From Adineta vaga (lineage: Eukaryota > Animalia > Rotifera), in the NCBI GenBank assembly GCA_021613535.1, contig CP075493.1, forward strand, positions 2,170,001 through 2,234,000: 64,000 nucleotides of DNA. The letters run 5' to 3'. A model generated the notes under the pieces. It was not told where the DNA came from. It worked only from the letters and a program-made list of their open reading frames with translations, and did no database searches. A program made the position numbers and the translations under genes. Positions 28,511-41,856 of this stretch are shown one piece after another. The stretch's first letter is position 1. The number at the start of each line of letters is the position of its first letter.

Positions 28511-29575
28511 ATGGATCAAGTTCAAGTTTTAACAGCTGTTTGTAAAAAATTGAATAGTGATATTGAAGCATTAGGAAGTCAAACAGCAATGAGAGAATCT
28601 TCATTAGCTAAATTAAGTGGAAATCAACAAGCATTTGATGAACAATTAAGACAATTGAATATGGATTTACAAATCAAACTTTCTCGAACAGATGCAATTG
28701 TACAGAAACTACAAACCGATGTTGAACAAATGTCCCATGGAGTACGAGATGTAATCAATGGTCAACAGGAAACTAATCGATCGAATCTTCAACGTTATCA
28801 AGAAATTAAAGTTGAAGTAAATGAAATTTCCTTCATTTTCTATTGATGATGTTGATTGTATTTCTTTTCTTTTGGTTCTTTTTTTATTGACAAGTAGATT
28901 TCATCATTGAGTCAACGCGTTGATCGAATGTTTAATGAACAACAAATGCTCTTACGTACATTTGAGACTGATACAGCTCGAGCATTATCAACAGCAGATT
29001 CTCGTTCACATGCATTTGTTGATGAACTTCGTAATCAAATTCTTCAAGGTAAAACTCAAGAAGATACGGAAAGAGAACGTTCAGAACAAAAAGTTAATCA
29101 AAAACTTGATGAAATTAAACGATCATTAGAAAAATATGTAAGAAACAATTTGTTTATGTTGATTAATTGATTTTTGCGGTATTGGCATTTTTTTTAGGAA
29201 CGATTGGATAAAAGAATTGATGATGCTATTCATCAATTTGAAAGAAAATCAATTGCTTTAGAAGATCAATGTCGACGAGCAATATCAGATTTAACACGAA
29301 ATAATGAAGTAAGTCGAATAGGAAACATTCTCTTCTCTCATTGCTTTGATTTCTTTTAGTCTGTAGAAAAAACTGTTTATAAAAAATTCGATGAAAAATA
29401 TCAGAAAACAATGGCAAATTTAGACAAAGTCAAGAAAGAAATGCGTGGTTGTTTTGAATCTCTCGAAGGTTCAGTCGAAACATTACAACGTATAACTGAT
29501 GGACGAATTAAAGTAACAGAAGAAAAATTAGATAAGGAAATTGAAAAACTTCGAAGCATGACCGTTCTTATTTAA
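28511..29575 (+). CDS. FAM81-like coiled-coil protein (4 exons)
   Basis: All-helical heptad protein, KLSRTDAIVQKLQTDV segment and C-terminal EMRGCFESLEGSVETLQRITDGRIKVTEEKLDKEIEKLRSMTVLI*, recalled as FAM81-like; family call tentative. Confidence 0.6.
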
Positions 29576-29603
29576 TATCTATATATGATTTTCAAGACTT
29601 GAT

Positions 29604-29625
29604 GAGAGAGAGAGAGAGAGAGAGA
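29604..29625. repeat. (GA)11 microsatellite
   Basis: Direct reading of the sequence just after the FAM81-like stop. Confidence 0.9.
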
Positions 29626-30584
29626 AAAGCAATCAATATCTGTCATATTTGATTTCTTGCATATTAACAGTGATTGATAGAAGATAAATCATAAATCCAA
29701 TGACCTTGAAATTATAAATCAATATAAAAACATTTAACAAAATTTAATTGACGACTAACTGGATATTAACTTGTTTTTTTGTAAATATAATTTGTAGTTA
29801 GAAAAATATTATCGTATTCGTTTATTTTTCAAGGTTTTCTCTCTTTTCCTTTTACCATTGAATATTGACCACAAATAGGTTAAAATATATTTTTCTTTTT
29901 TGAAATTTTGATCTTGTCTTTTTTTCTCCTCACTCTATGTTCTAATAGATTGAAAAAATATAGACATAGGTCTTGATGAAGCGTGTCATTTCATCTAATG
30001 ATTTGTCTCACAAGTTATCGATGAATAAGTTTACCCTTCTTCATCGATGGCTTTTTTTCTCTTCGTACCTATTACAATTATATACCTACACATCGATGAT
30101 TAAAAACCAATGTTGTGGAGCTATCTTGTTTTTTATCTTGTCAACTTTTCTTTTTCTTTTGCTTGTGTATTTTTTTGCATGGTTTGTTATCGATGTGTTG
30201 TCCTTTATTTTCTTGTTAAATTGTATTTTCTATCAAGGAAGCTTAATGTTCAAGCATAGACATTTCGTTTTTCTTCCTGTTCTTCTTCTTCTGTCAATAT
30301 GTTAATATTATTAATAAACCTTGTAAAATAATTTCACATAAACTATCGAACAAAATTATAGTAATCTACTTTATTCTTCTGTATTTTTCTTTTTTGTTCT
30401 TTTATTTAAAAAAATGCAGCACATAATTATTGATTGAGACAAAGCATAATTTCAGAACTCTAAAGGATACTGATTATAAAAAAATAGTTTCCTTAAACTA
30501 AAAATGAGAAGAAAAACGTTAGACAAAGAATATCGTCATATATATGAAAGAAGAAAAAAATAAAGCTATGTTTTTTTTGTTCTT

Positions 30585-32589
30585 TTATAATCCACCTTGA
30601 TAGAATTGTTTGAATTCATCAGCATCAACACCACCATCTTTGTTTTTATCAGCATTATTGAAAGTAGCGGTAGCAACATCGAAGCCAGGAATACCACTGG
30701 CACCAACTGATCCGAAGCTTGATGATTCATAGGATGAGGAAGCAAAAGCTCCTTCTGCACCAGTAAGACCTGTATCGAAACCAGTAACACCACCAGCACC
30801 TGAATATGATGCTGATTCGAAGCCTGATGTAGCATAGGCACCATTAGCACCGGATCCTTCAGCTAGGCCACTTTCGAAACCAGTACCATTGTAAGCACCT
30901 TTAACAAAAAAAGAAAATATAATTGAAACGAAAATAGAAAACATATGCTATTACTTACCACTTGCACCGACTTGTGAACCTTCGTATGTGCTGGAGGAGA
31001 ATTGTGCTGTAGCACCACCTATGTCTCCACCAGTGACACCAGTTAAATCTGATCCAGCAACATCACCACTGATACCATAGTTTGATTCATGACTAATTGA
31101 TCCTGATCTAAGACCATTGGTAACACCAGTAGCACCAAAAGCTGATTCATGAGCAATTGATCCTGATCGACTACCACTTCCAGTTGCAGCAAAAGCTGTT
31201 TCTTGTGTAACTGATGCTGCTCGACTGCCAGTTCCAGCAGCAGCACCTGGTGGTGACTGAATGAAAATGGAATAAAAATAAGAAAACAAAAATAGATTTG
31301 TTTATACTTACAATATCTTCAACAACACCAGCTGCACGAGCTTGTTGAACAAGAGTTTGTGCATCAAGTAATTGTGTACCATATCGTTCAACATAGGATT
31401 GTGGGTTTTCTTGAGTAACACCCAAGCGTTGAAATTGTCGGACAACACGAACTTGAACTGGTTCATATTGAATGATAATATTACGTGGTTTTGGATAGTC
31501 TTTAGCATTTTCAGCACGTTGAACAATAGTTTTTCGTTTAGCAGAAGCTCCATATGGAATCCAACGTTCGATGATAATATCACCTAATAAACAAACATAG
31601 CATTTCGAAATTGAATGAATAAAAACTAATAAAAGAAAACCCAAGTTCAACTGAACTTACGTGGACGAGGTGGAGCAGCTGGAATACGTTCGATGATAAC
31701 TGATCGTGGTGGTACTGGTAAAGCTGGAAGTTTACGAACAACTGTCTGTGCACCTTGTGAAGCTGGTGGCTGTGGTGGTTTTTCACGAAGGATAAGCGGA
31801 GGTGGTTGTGGAAGAGGTGGTGCTTGTTGTTTGATACGAAGAGGTGGAAGTGGTGGTGGTTGAGGTGGTCGCACTTCTTTAATGATGAGTGGCTAGAAAA
31901 TATTTAAGAAGAAAAATAAAAATACAAAGAAACAAAAAGGAAATGAAATGTTCACTTACGCCTGGTGGTGGAATTGGTGGTGGTTGAAGAAATCGTACTT
32001 TAATGTTTTGTGTATATGTTTGTACACCACCCGATGCAGGTCGACGAATAATTTGTGGATTAGCATCAACAAAAAGACCAGCACCTCTTACTTCAGCACC
32101 ATACTTAGACCAAGCAGCATTGGTTTCAGCTGTATAATTAGCAGCTTGACTGACTGCAGTAGTATCATAACCAGCACCATTGGTTGATGCTTCAAATGTT
32201 GATGATGATGCTTGAAAGTTACTTCCATTGGTAGCACTAGCATCAAGTGTAGCACCATTAGCATAACCTGAAGCTTCAAATGATGAAGCACTAGCACTGC
32301 CATTGAATGCAGCATTGGCTCCATTTGATGCATAGCCTGTTGATTCAAATGCAGATGATTCAAAATTACCACTTGCACCTGCAGCATTCAAATCGAATTG
32401 TGAAGCGCCAGTAACACTGCCGCCAGCATTGCTTGCTACACCAGCCCATTGTTGAAATTCACCTCGATCAATAGTACCATCATGATTGGCATCAGCTTGG
32501 TTGAATATTGCTTTGGCTACATCAAAACCTCCAGCAGCACCTCCTGCGGTCGATGCTGACGAATATGAGGAATATTCGTAGTTGGACAT
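30585..32589 (-). CDS. Low-complexity structural protein: EF-hand / Ala-Ser-Gly-Phe-rich / Pro-Val-Ile-Arg-rich core / Gly-Ser-rich / EF-hand (5 exons)
   Basis: Exons 32589-31960, 31892-31661, 31583-31312, 31256-30959, 30898-30585 join in frame. EF loops DANHDGTIDRGE and DKNKDGGVDADE at the two ends. Core NIKVRFLQPPPIPPPGPLIIKEVRPPQPPPLPPLRIKQ...RSVIIERIPAAPPRPRDIIIERWIPY. TATATAAA ~70 nt upstream. Confidence 0.85.
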
Positions 32590-33429
32590 GTTTGCGTTTA
32601 GGTGTCGCGTACGATGGGGAACAGGTAGTAATTGATGTTCTGGATAGATCAGTGTTTATATACTATATAGGATTGTATTCCCCACCTCTCTTCCTTCTCT
32701 TTCCCTCTCGCTCTCTCTCTTTCTCTTTCTCTCTCTCTGTATTTCTCTTTTCTCTTCTCTCTTTTTCACCTCCTCACCCGACTTTAATTGTGCAGGCAGT
32801 AGCAGTTAGTGCCTAACGATGCGTATGATTGATTACACATCCTTGTCTCTTTTTCTCTGCCTTTTTTTGCCGCAATATTTCTCGTCTTCTGATGTCCTTA
32901 AAGCAATTGGTTAAAAAAAAATCTGTCAACATAGATCGCGACTAGTCATGTCCTCGGACAGTAACCGCGAAACCACATTATCTACGCTAATTTTTTCTCT
33001 TCAGAAAAGAAAACAAACTCAACTAGAAGAGAACAAATGTGAGGTTTTTTGATTTTTGAAAAATGCATATATGGTGACAAGCGTTATGTGATGAAAGGGA
33101 GCATGGGAGAAAAAAATTTATCGATCTGCACCTCTATCAAATGATCAAGGTCAAATAAGTGAAGATTTTGATGGAGAAAAAGATACAATATACAGAAAAT
33201 GATTTGATAAATATTGTCTATTTTTGCTATAATTAAAGTTCATTATGTAGACATTATTTTTATATTATTATCATTGAGAAAAAGAAAAAAAGAGACCTTT
33301 AAATATTTAATTGATATATCAGATGAATTCTAATATAGGAATTGACATTGTACAAGTAGTGTTTTTTTCACAACACTAGACAGAGAAGAAGAAAAAGAAG
33401 AGAAAAATACTAAAAAGAAAGGCCAAAAA

Positions 33430-35610
33430 CTAGACAAAGCGTGTCGAATGAATTAATAGAAGATCATTTTCTTTCGATGAATTGACTAAATCTTGATCGA
33501 GTAGAAATTTTTCACAATTATTTATCGATCGATTCAGTTTTGAACTGTAATAATAATTCTTCTGGTTAGTTAACAGATGATTCGATGGACGATTAGGAAA
33601 GAAGAAATGACGATTTTTTTCATGATTAGTATTATTCATTGATACTGTTGGTGATTGACTACTCAGAGGTATACTATTGACGGATGTTGTTGTATTTTGA
33701 CGAGAACGTGGTTGTGATGATGAATTAGATGATTGTTGTTGAGAGGTAAGACGTCGTATATGTGCAGGATTAATTGTTGGAAGAGTTGTTCGATGTTCAG
33801 TTAAATCACCTTCTAATTGACTAGCATCAATACATGGAAGACATGAATATAATTTACGAAATTCACGATTGAATCTTGCCTAAAGTAAAGAAGAGAAAAA
33901 CGCAACTATATCTTCGAAAAAAAGAACCCCCGCGAAAAGTTCAATCAAACAAGGACAAAGTGTAACAAAGTACATTCTGGTCATGTTAGTTATTAGTACT
34001 AATTTCTGTTCTTTAATGACGGTACATTAGATCGCTTGAAGCTAGTTATATCTAAATGAAACGTAATTAAATTGTATAGTTTAATTTAGTTTGTAATATT
34101 CTCTTTCGTCTCAATTATAGACAGCAGTATCTGTCATGGTCTCTAAATGAAGGTAAATGGGTCTTTTCGGTTATTTCATATCGAACTTACACTACAAAAT
34201 CCATATATAAATGGATTGTGACATGAATTAGACATTGCAAGCCAATTTGCACATAACCAAAGGACGACAATATGTTTAAAACTGAAAAAAAATGTTCAAT
34301 AGAATCAATTCCGTTCCCGTTTATTTTCTTCGAAAAACCTACTCATTTATTTCCGGTTTATAAATGACAAGAAAATTATATAGTTGTAATGGAAACCAAC
34401 AGATGAGAAATAAAGCGACAACAACAAATAACATTTTCAATACCTAAAATAAATGAATTCAAGCATAAAATAGTTTAGAAAATATTAAACATATGGTAAA
34501 TCTTAATCAATAAAGAAAACCTCTTTTTTTTCCTTGATTGAAGATCAAAATATCAGTTAGATTCCTACGCGATTATCTTTCAATCCATATTTAATCGAAT
34601 AATTACTATTCGTCTCTAACTAATAAAGATTGTCACAGCATGAATCGGATATACATCTGGTATTTTTTTTTATATTGTTGTCAAGGTTATTTTATTATTA
34701 GCTTTCGGGTTAAAGATAATTAATCGTCTTCCTACTTTCCGTTTATTTCGTGTAATCACTTCTTGATACTTCGTCTGACCCACAGGTTCAGAAAAATATA
34801 AATGTGAACCAATACGAAAATAGGCACCACTTATAATTATAAATGGAATAACATATTGAGAATAAATATTATAAACAATATAGACTTTATGAATATCAAA
34901 TGTGGTACTTGATTTGATTGTTGAATTTGTTTGAACTTGATTTTCATATGTATAGGGTAGACATTGTAACCATAATCAGTAATAAAATAGACATTATAAA
35001 AAAATAGACTTGGACTTGATGAAGCAAATGCAACAAGCCAAATAATAATGAATATAAGAAAAGCTGTTTTTGTTGATAATTTGGGTTTTAATGGATGAAG
35101 CATAACATGATAACGATCGAGTGAAACAGCAACTAATGTATATATTGATACATCAACAGAAAGAATTTGAACAAATGGAGCTAATTTACAAAGAAAATGT
35201 GGAAGTACCCATTTTTGTAAAGCTGCAGCTTGAAACTAAAGTAAAAAATAACAAATTATAAGAATTTCTAAACGAATAGATCATGATAAAGAACATACTT
35301 GAAAAGGAACAGCAAACATTGCCACTAGACAATCAGCAAGAGCTAAATTACATATAAAATAGTTTGTTACTGAATGCATATGTCGATTACGTATAACGAT
35401 ATAAATAATTGATGAATTTCCCACAACGGCAAGGAAAGAGATAATTCCATACGCAAAACTTAATAAAATTACTTGATATTGTTCTGGTATGAGTGTTTTA
35501 GATAAATCTTCATTATGAAAATTTGTTTCATTTAACATTGTCATAGAAGTAACAGAAGGAGGTTGTAGATAACTAGAAGTATTTAGATATGATTCTCTTA
35601 AATGATCCAT
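33430..35610 (-). CDS. Class A neuropeptide GPCR, leucokinin/tachykinin-receptor-like (5 coding exons; one frame break near 34968)
   Basis: GN (TM1), HSVTNYFICNLALAD, VPFQFQAAALQKWVLPHFLCKLAPFVQ (leucokinin-receptor-like ECL1), DRY, CWFPLQ, WLAMSNSCHNPFIY. TM5 (QYVIPFIIISGAYFRIG) lies in the -1 frame. Confidence 0.85.
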
Positions 35611-37718
35611 TCAAGTTCTTGATCGTGGGGTGAAAGGTAATATTTAAATAACATGTATATTGATATGAAGAAAAGTTTATATTAGTCTTGACAGATTCTA
35701 TCTGAAAAAACAAGTCAAAATCAAACTATCCAATTTCATTCATTAGAGACATTGTATTTACCGACAATACGTTCTTCCGAACCTACATGTTTATATGTAG
35801 AGAAAATCCAGCTAAGAGAGGTTATTAAGACGATTTAGGAAAACAACAAGTGTTCTCTCTTGTCTTCTCCCCTTGATGTCTACTTACAACATCCATCAAC
35901 TGGAATAAATCACTCCGTTTTTCTTTCTTCTTTTTCGTATGCAAACATCATCATCAAGGACATTAACAAGTAGAGAAGAAAAAAGAAAACAGAGAGATGA
36001 TAGAGAAGAAGAAGAAGAAAAGGAAGGAAATCTAAATCTATTATGATATGATAAACTTCTTAAGAGATATCAATCTGAATAAGTAAACGATTAATAATGA
36101 AAGAAATCAACTAGATCGATGAATAATCCTTACGATATCATCTTTCGTCTGACGTTGTTTTGTTTGTTTAACTAAAAAAATAGATATTATTTCGTGAATG
36201 TCAAAAATCAATCGTTATAGGCTAATAGATTTTTCTTTTATTTTTTACTTATATGTATATATATTAGACGACAGAAAATGTCTTCAAAGGACGCAGCTGG
36301 TTCGTTGTATCAGAAAGAGAGAGAGAGAGAGAGAAGGCACCAGATCGGTACATCTATCAGAAACCAAATAGGGTTGTTTTTTCGAAAATTTGAGATCAAT
36401 CAAAACAGAAAGAAACATATGGATCTCACTTGTTATCAGAGGTTATCGAGATATTGTGCAATCAGATAGTTCATGATCCTGTTAGAGATCATGATTGACA
36501 CCAAATGTGGTTAATGATCAGTTAAAACAACGTGGGGGTGTATCAAACCACTATACATCGAAATGATACAGACTATAACTGCCATTCTTTTCTTATTGTT
36601 TCGATATTCTGTTTATATACATCGATAAAAGTCTCATTCAATTATCGAAGTGTATTATAAATAGTAACAAAAAAAAATGTCGCATCTCTTTTTCTCTCTC
36701 TTTCTCTTTCTCTGTCTCTTGTATTGAATGGTTGATTCCTTTTAATGATATTTTAGAGTGTTTCCTAAAATCGGATTTTTATTGAATAATCTTTTGTATG
36801 GAAAAAGAGACATGTTATTTTTGTCATCAAATGTAATGATTTCAATGAAAAGAGAAGAAGAAAAAAATTTAATGATGATCGATAGTCCTTGACATCCTTC
36901 GGTTACAAATAACTAATCTTCTGAACATGTTCTTTCATTATTATTCAATCCCAAATCTATCTAATCGTGTTATTTCATTTATTATTGATAGACAATAATG
37001 TATTTCAACATCTCTTAATAAATAAAGCAATTTTGATTGTTCAACAATCGTCAATGATATTTTCAAGTACTTACTTTATTTCGAAGTATTCATTAGAAGA
37101 AGAAAAAAGAAAACAACGCTTCTTCTTCTTGTTCATTTTTTATTATTATTATTCTAAGCATAAATTCTCATGAGAATAAACTATTGTCGTTGTTAACTAA
37201 ATTTTTCGATCGAAATTTATCATTGTCAATGTTTATAGAAGTGAAGAGAATAAATGTCAAATTGAATTTTGTTTGAAGAAAATCTTTGAGTCAAAACAAT
37301 GATGATTTTGTTTTAAATGATGAAAAGAACAACGATTTAGCAAACTATTTCTTATCATATAGTTTTACAATTTTATTTATTGATATGAAATTCTAATTGA
37401 ATCTCAATGGAATGCAGATATAATTGTTTCGATAAACCAAAAATAGTCTGTGCTCTGATTTTTAATGTTCTTCTTTCGCTTTTCAATAGAACAATTAGAG
37501 CAAAACTGATTCTAATTTTTTGCGAAATTCACATCTATTTTTTATAGAGGAATACCGAACTACTGTGACTTCTACGTTTTAGTCATCAAATAAGATGGGC
37601 TGAGAAAGCTTTTTTTGTTTTTGTATGTTTACATGAAGAATAAGAGCAACTTAAATGATTTAATTGATATTTAAAATTATACAATTAAAAAAGGTTTTTT
37701 TTTTCGTTAAATAATTAG

Positions 37719-38766
37719 TTAATTATTATGTTTTTGTTGTAATAAGGTAATTGAAGGTAATGGAGTTCGTGATGTTGAACTATTTACAGTTCGTGTTAAT
37801 AAACTAGTAACAACAGGATGGTTATTAACAACTGAATCATCTGTATTAGTATCAGTACGAATCCGTTTGTTTAATTCATTTCGATCATTATCATTCGAAC
37901 AACGTTTTAATCCATTAGAATTCTGTTCAGTAAGAGATTGTTCATTTGCAAAGAGATTACTAACGATAGATGTTGTAGATACTGTTTCGGAGAATGGAGA
38001 AAGAGGTTCGAGAGTTTCATTGACAATACTTTTCGGATCAATTACCTATAAATAAACAAATAAGATAGTTCCTTCCTGTTTGTCTTTTTCTTTCAACATC
38101 GATCGAAATTACTTGAGAGTCAGGTAAATGAACTAATCGTTCCAACGATTGAAGAGGATGTGGATGCGATCCATTTGTTGAAAGTATTGATTGATTTCTA
38201 GATAAGTGTAAAGGAGGAAATTGTTGCATCGGTTGATGATGATGATTCCATGGTGAATGTGTCATCATTCTTGGATTCGGTTGATAGAAGTTTGGAGGAT
38301 GAATATTATAAGTACTTCCACGATAGATCATATTTGAAGGTGGTTGTTGTGTAAAAGTATTATCAAATGAAACTTGTTCGAATGATGATGATGATGATGA
38401 TGGTGCAGGAGGTTCAGAAGTTAAATCAAGATATCGAGGTGAATTAAGACCTATAAGTTCAACGATAATGAAGCGATGAAAGAATGTTCAATAAACAACA
38501 CATACTATTGAGACTTTGTCTTAAAAGTAAAACATTGTCCATGATTGTACAAATATCAACAGGTGATACACCTAGATTTTGAAGTTGAGAACTGTTTAGT
38601 TGACATATCTATAAAAGAAGAATAAGAATAAGAAGTGAAAGTTGTCATTTCTACACAGTCAAAAAAGGAATCTTACCGATTGAAGAGTTGAATAACCTAA
38701 TTGTTCGAATCGGTCTGCATATTTACTACATGTAAATGTATCAAGCCATCTAGCTACAGATACCAT
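37719..38766 (-). CDS. N-terminal SAM-domain protein with low-complexity tail (4 exons)
   Basis: MVSVARWLDTFTCSKYADRFEQLGYSTLQS|ICQLNSSQLQNLGVSPVDICTIMDNV is SAM-like, followed by P/Q/H/S-rich sequence and HPLQSLERLVHLPDSQ|VIDPKSIVNE. Confidence 0.75.
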
Positions 38767-39010
38767 CTCTGTATTGACGATTGATTTGAATATAAATTGA
38801 ACTTGTTCGATCAGATTTATGTCATGTGATTGGATATAATACAATCATTACTCAAGTTCATTCATCAAAAATTCATGTATATATTTTCATTGGATGTACA
38901 TGTGAACCAATCAATATTGATCGATGTTTGTATTGTATCTATGTATTATTTTTTTACATTCAAGAACTGTCAGTCATCTTTGAGAATGTCTGAATAAATA
39001 GATAGAAATC

Positions 39011-40771
39011 ATGTCAAATCAATTACTGGAACGATATAAAGCATGTATGATATTGAGTGGAGTTGGAGATGCATTAGGGTAAGACGATAAAACTTTCTTT
39101 GATTAGAAGGAAACATTTGTTGTTATTGTTATTAGATATCGAAGTGGAATATGGCAATTTAATAGTAATGGAAAAGATATTCAAAGAGAACTGTATGAAA
39201 GATTTGATCAAATTGAAGATATCCGAATTGAACGTAAGTTTTGATGCGTGTTCGTTTGTTCAATTGATTGATTAATTGAAATTTTAGTCCCACAATGGCG
39301 TGTTAGTGATGATACAATTCTTCATATGGCTGTTGGTCGAGGTAAATAAGAATATGATGATTGTATGTCAATGGATAAAACTCTTTTTGTGGTTCTTAGC
39401 TCTTGTTGAACATGGTGATCGTGATCCTTCGCCATCATTATATTCCATAATGGTAAAGAAACTTAAAGAAATCTTCAATGATTTAAAAAATCGTCATCCA
39501 AGTATGTTTATTTGATTATTTTTATATTGAATTATTCAAAATTTCTCATTGCAGGTTCGAGTACTGTATCTGCTATCAATCGTTTGTCAGAAAATGATTG
39601 GTCACAGCCGTATTCTGCCGTGTAAGTTTCTTTCGCGATAAAAAAACCAAAAATATCTCTCAATTCTAGATCAAATGACTGTACAGCAGCTGTTCGTTGT
39701 ATGACAATCGGTCTCCGTTATTCTCAACCTGCTGACTTCGAAAAACTAATGCATGTTTCAATCGAAACCTCACGAATGACACATACCCAGTGGGGCTTTC
39801 TCGGTGGATTTACTTCAGCATTATTTACATCTTATGCTATTCAACAAAAGCCACTCGAAACATGGAGTAAATGTTTAATAGAAATTCTACCACATGTTCA
39901 ACATTATATAGAATCACAACATCGATCTGATCTAGCACAAACTATGAGAAGTTGGTAAGAAATTCAGACTTGCTTGTATTTCTGAAAGAAAGCAAATTAA
40001 TATATCAAATGTTCTTTCCTCTTTCAATGATGCATATTCTTAGTTTCGACGTCATATTTTCTAATTAGAAGAATTTCTATATTGTTCTGATACAATTGTA
40101 CTTTATTTAGGTCATCATTTGAAACATTTTGGGAAGAATTTATTCCTCGACAAGGAACAGATATTAAAGATCTTGAACAACGTGATGATTTCTATCGACA
40201 ATTTTCACATGCAGGTTGGGCTGGTGCAAGTGGAACGGATTGTGTCGCTATAGCGTATGTTGAACGAATCATTCTATCGTAAAAAAATGTTCTTCTTTGA
40301 TTTAGTTATAATGCTCTCTTAACATCTCATGGATCGTGGTCTGAATTATGTAGGCGAGCAGCTTTACATGGTGGTCATGGTGATGCAACGGGATGTATTG
40401 CCGGTGCAATTTTTGGAGCAATTTATGGTTTTGAAAATATCCCAAAGGAAAATTATGAAGTATGACTATATGCAATAGAATTCGTTGTTTTCTTTTCTAA
40501 ATGAATATTTTAGAATGTCGAATATCATCATGAACTTGAAAGTATTGGTAAAAATCTATTCAATTTACGTCGGATCTCTGTACAATCAAAAGCAAAAGTA
40601 GAACTACCGACAGATCAACGAGGACCATGTGTGCATTTTGTATTTATTCCATCAGATATTCTTGATAATATGCCAGCATTTCGTCAATGGCGTTTATCAA
40701 AACCTGTCAAAACTGAAATGAAAAGTAATGTTTTATCAAAATTAGTTTTTCAAGGCTTAAAAATTCATTAA
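39011..40771 (+). CDS. ADP-ribosylarginine hydrolase family protein (ARH1/ARH2-like) with divergent active site
   Basis: ERYKACMILSGVGDALGY, WRVSDDTILH, CMTIGLRY, SIETSRMTH, FSHAGWAGASG, AALHGGHGDATGCIAGAIFGAIYGF. Confidence 0.9.
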
Positions 40772-40892
40772 TCTAGTCTTTTGTATATGTTTTGTCAAAA
40801 TGCATGTTGTATTTTTTATTTCCCCCCAAAAAAAAGAAATCAAAAAGAAACGAATAAAAAGCTTTTTTTTCTCTGTTCTTTTTTCGATAGTC

Positions 40893-41246
40893 TTAGATTA
40901 AAATACAGAAACCACTGCTTTTTGTATCGCCCATTTTCGTTGGATCAGTTTGAATATATTTATATCGTTTAACATCAGTTGTTTTAGATAAATCATCTTT
41001 CATTGCTGAATCAGCTTTTCGATAATGATCCGATTGGAGATGATCTTCAAATGCATCTTCATTTTCCCATGCACCAATCAATGTAAATTGACATTTATCG
41101 GCCATATTTTGAAATAATTTATATTTTAAACATCCATCTTCTTTACGTGATGGTTCAAGTATTCCAGTCAATAATTCACGAACTTTTTCTTCAGCTGGTG
41201 GTTTAACAAAAAAATCGATGACACAATGGATTACTGAGTGTGACAT
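40893..41246 (-). CDS. ABM/YgiN-type (quinol monooxygenase-like) dimeric alpha-beta barrel protein with C-terminal CaaX
   Basis: Intronless; VKP..EEKVRELL...SRKEDGCLKYKLFQ...FTLIGAWENEDAFEDHLQSDHY; ends GFCILI*. Confidence 0.88.
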   Translation of the reverse strand: MSHSVIHCVIDFFVKPPAEEKVRELLTGILEPSRKEDGCLKYKLFQNMADKCQFTLIGAWENEDAFEDHLQSDHYRKADSAMKDDLSKTTDVKRYKYIQTDPTKMGDTKSSGFCILI

Positions 41247-41856
41247 ATTAGTAAGTAATAATTAATTGAGTATCTGAGAAACGAATGTTGAATACGGACG
41301 ATGATAATTGCAAAATGAGTTAAGCAAGAAACCATAAATGTTTCCCCTTCTCTTCTCTTCTCTTCTTTTCTTAATTTTCATCGTCAAAGAAAAAAAATGC
41401 TTCGGATTGTTGTTGATGAACACAGATGAGCAAGTCAGAAGGTTAGATAGAGAAAACGAACGCAAAGAGTATATTTTCTTTCATCTCCGTGACATCAGCT
41501 TTTTTTCTCTTTTTTCTTTGTAAGATAAAAAAAAACAACTTAGTTGCTTCTTCTCTCCTGTTGCATTTTTTTTTCATTCTAAAATACTAGAGAGGATTTT
41601 CTTCTTCGTCTCCTTCATTTTTATCAAGAGGAAAAAAATGTTATTCTGCTAAAAAAAGAATAAAAAGTTAGCGATTCAAGTATGACGTTAAAGACGATGA
41701 AAAAATTACAATGTCTAATTGTAAAACTTTTTTTCCTTCTCTTCGATAGAAATTGACAGCTGAAAACCTGGTGTGTCTTTGTAAATATGACAGATATAAT
41801 GTGACAGTGATGAACTTTAAAATGAATACCTTGTTTTTTGTTTTGCTTCTTTTCAG

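Noticed and set aside
29973-30305. 110-aa hydrophobic ORF
   Set aside because: TTG start and Phe/Leu richness arise from T-rich sequence downstream of the opposite-strand gene; no family features.
30566-32387. Several overlapping alternative-frame ORFs in the EF-hand/Pro-rich gene
   Set aside because: Shadow ORFs caused by biased codon usage of the real frame.
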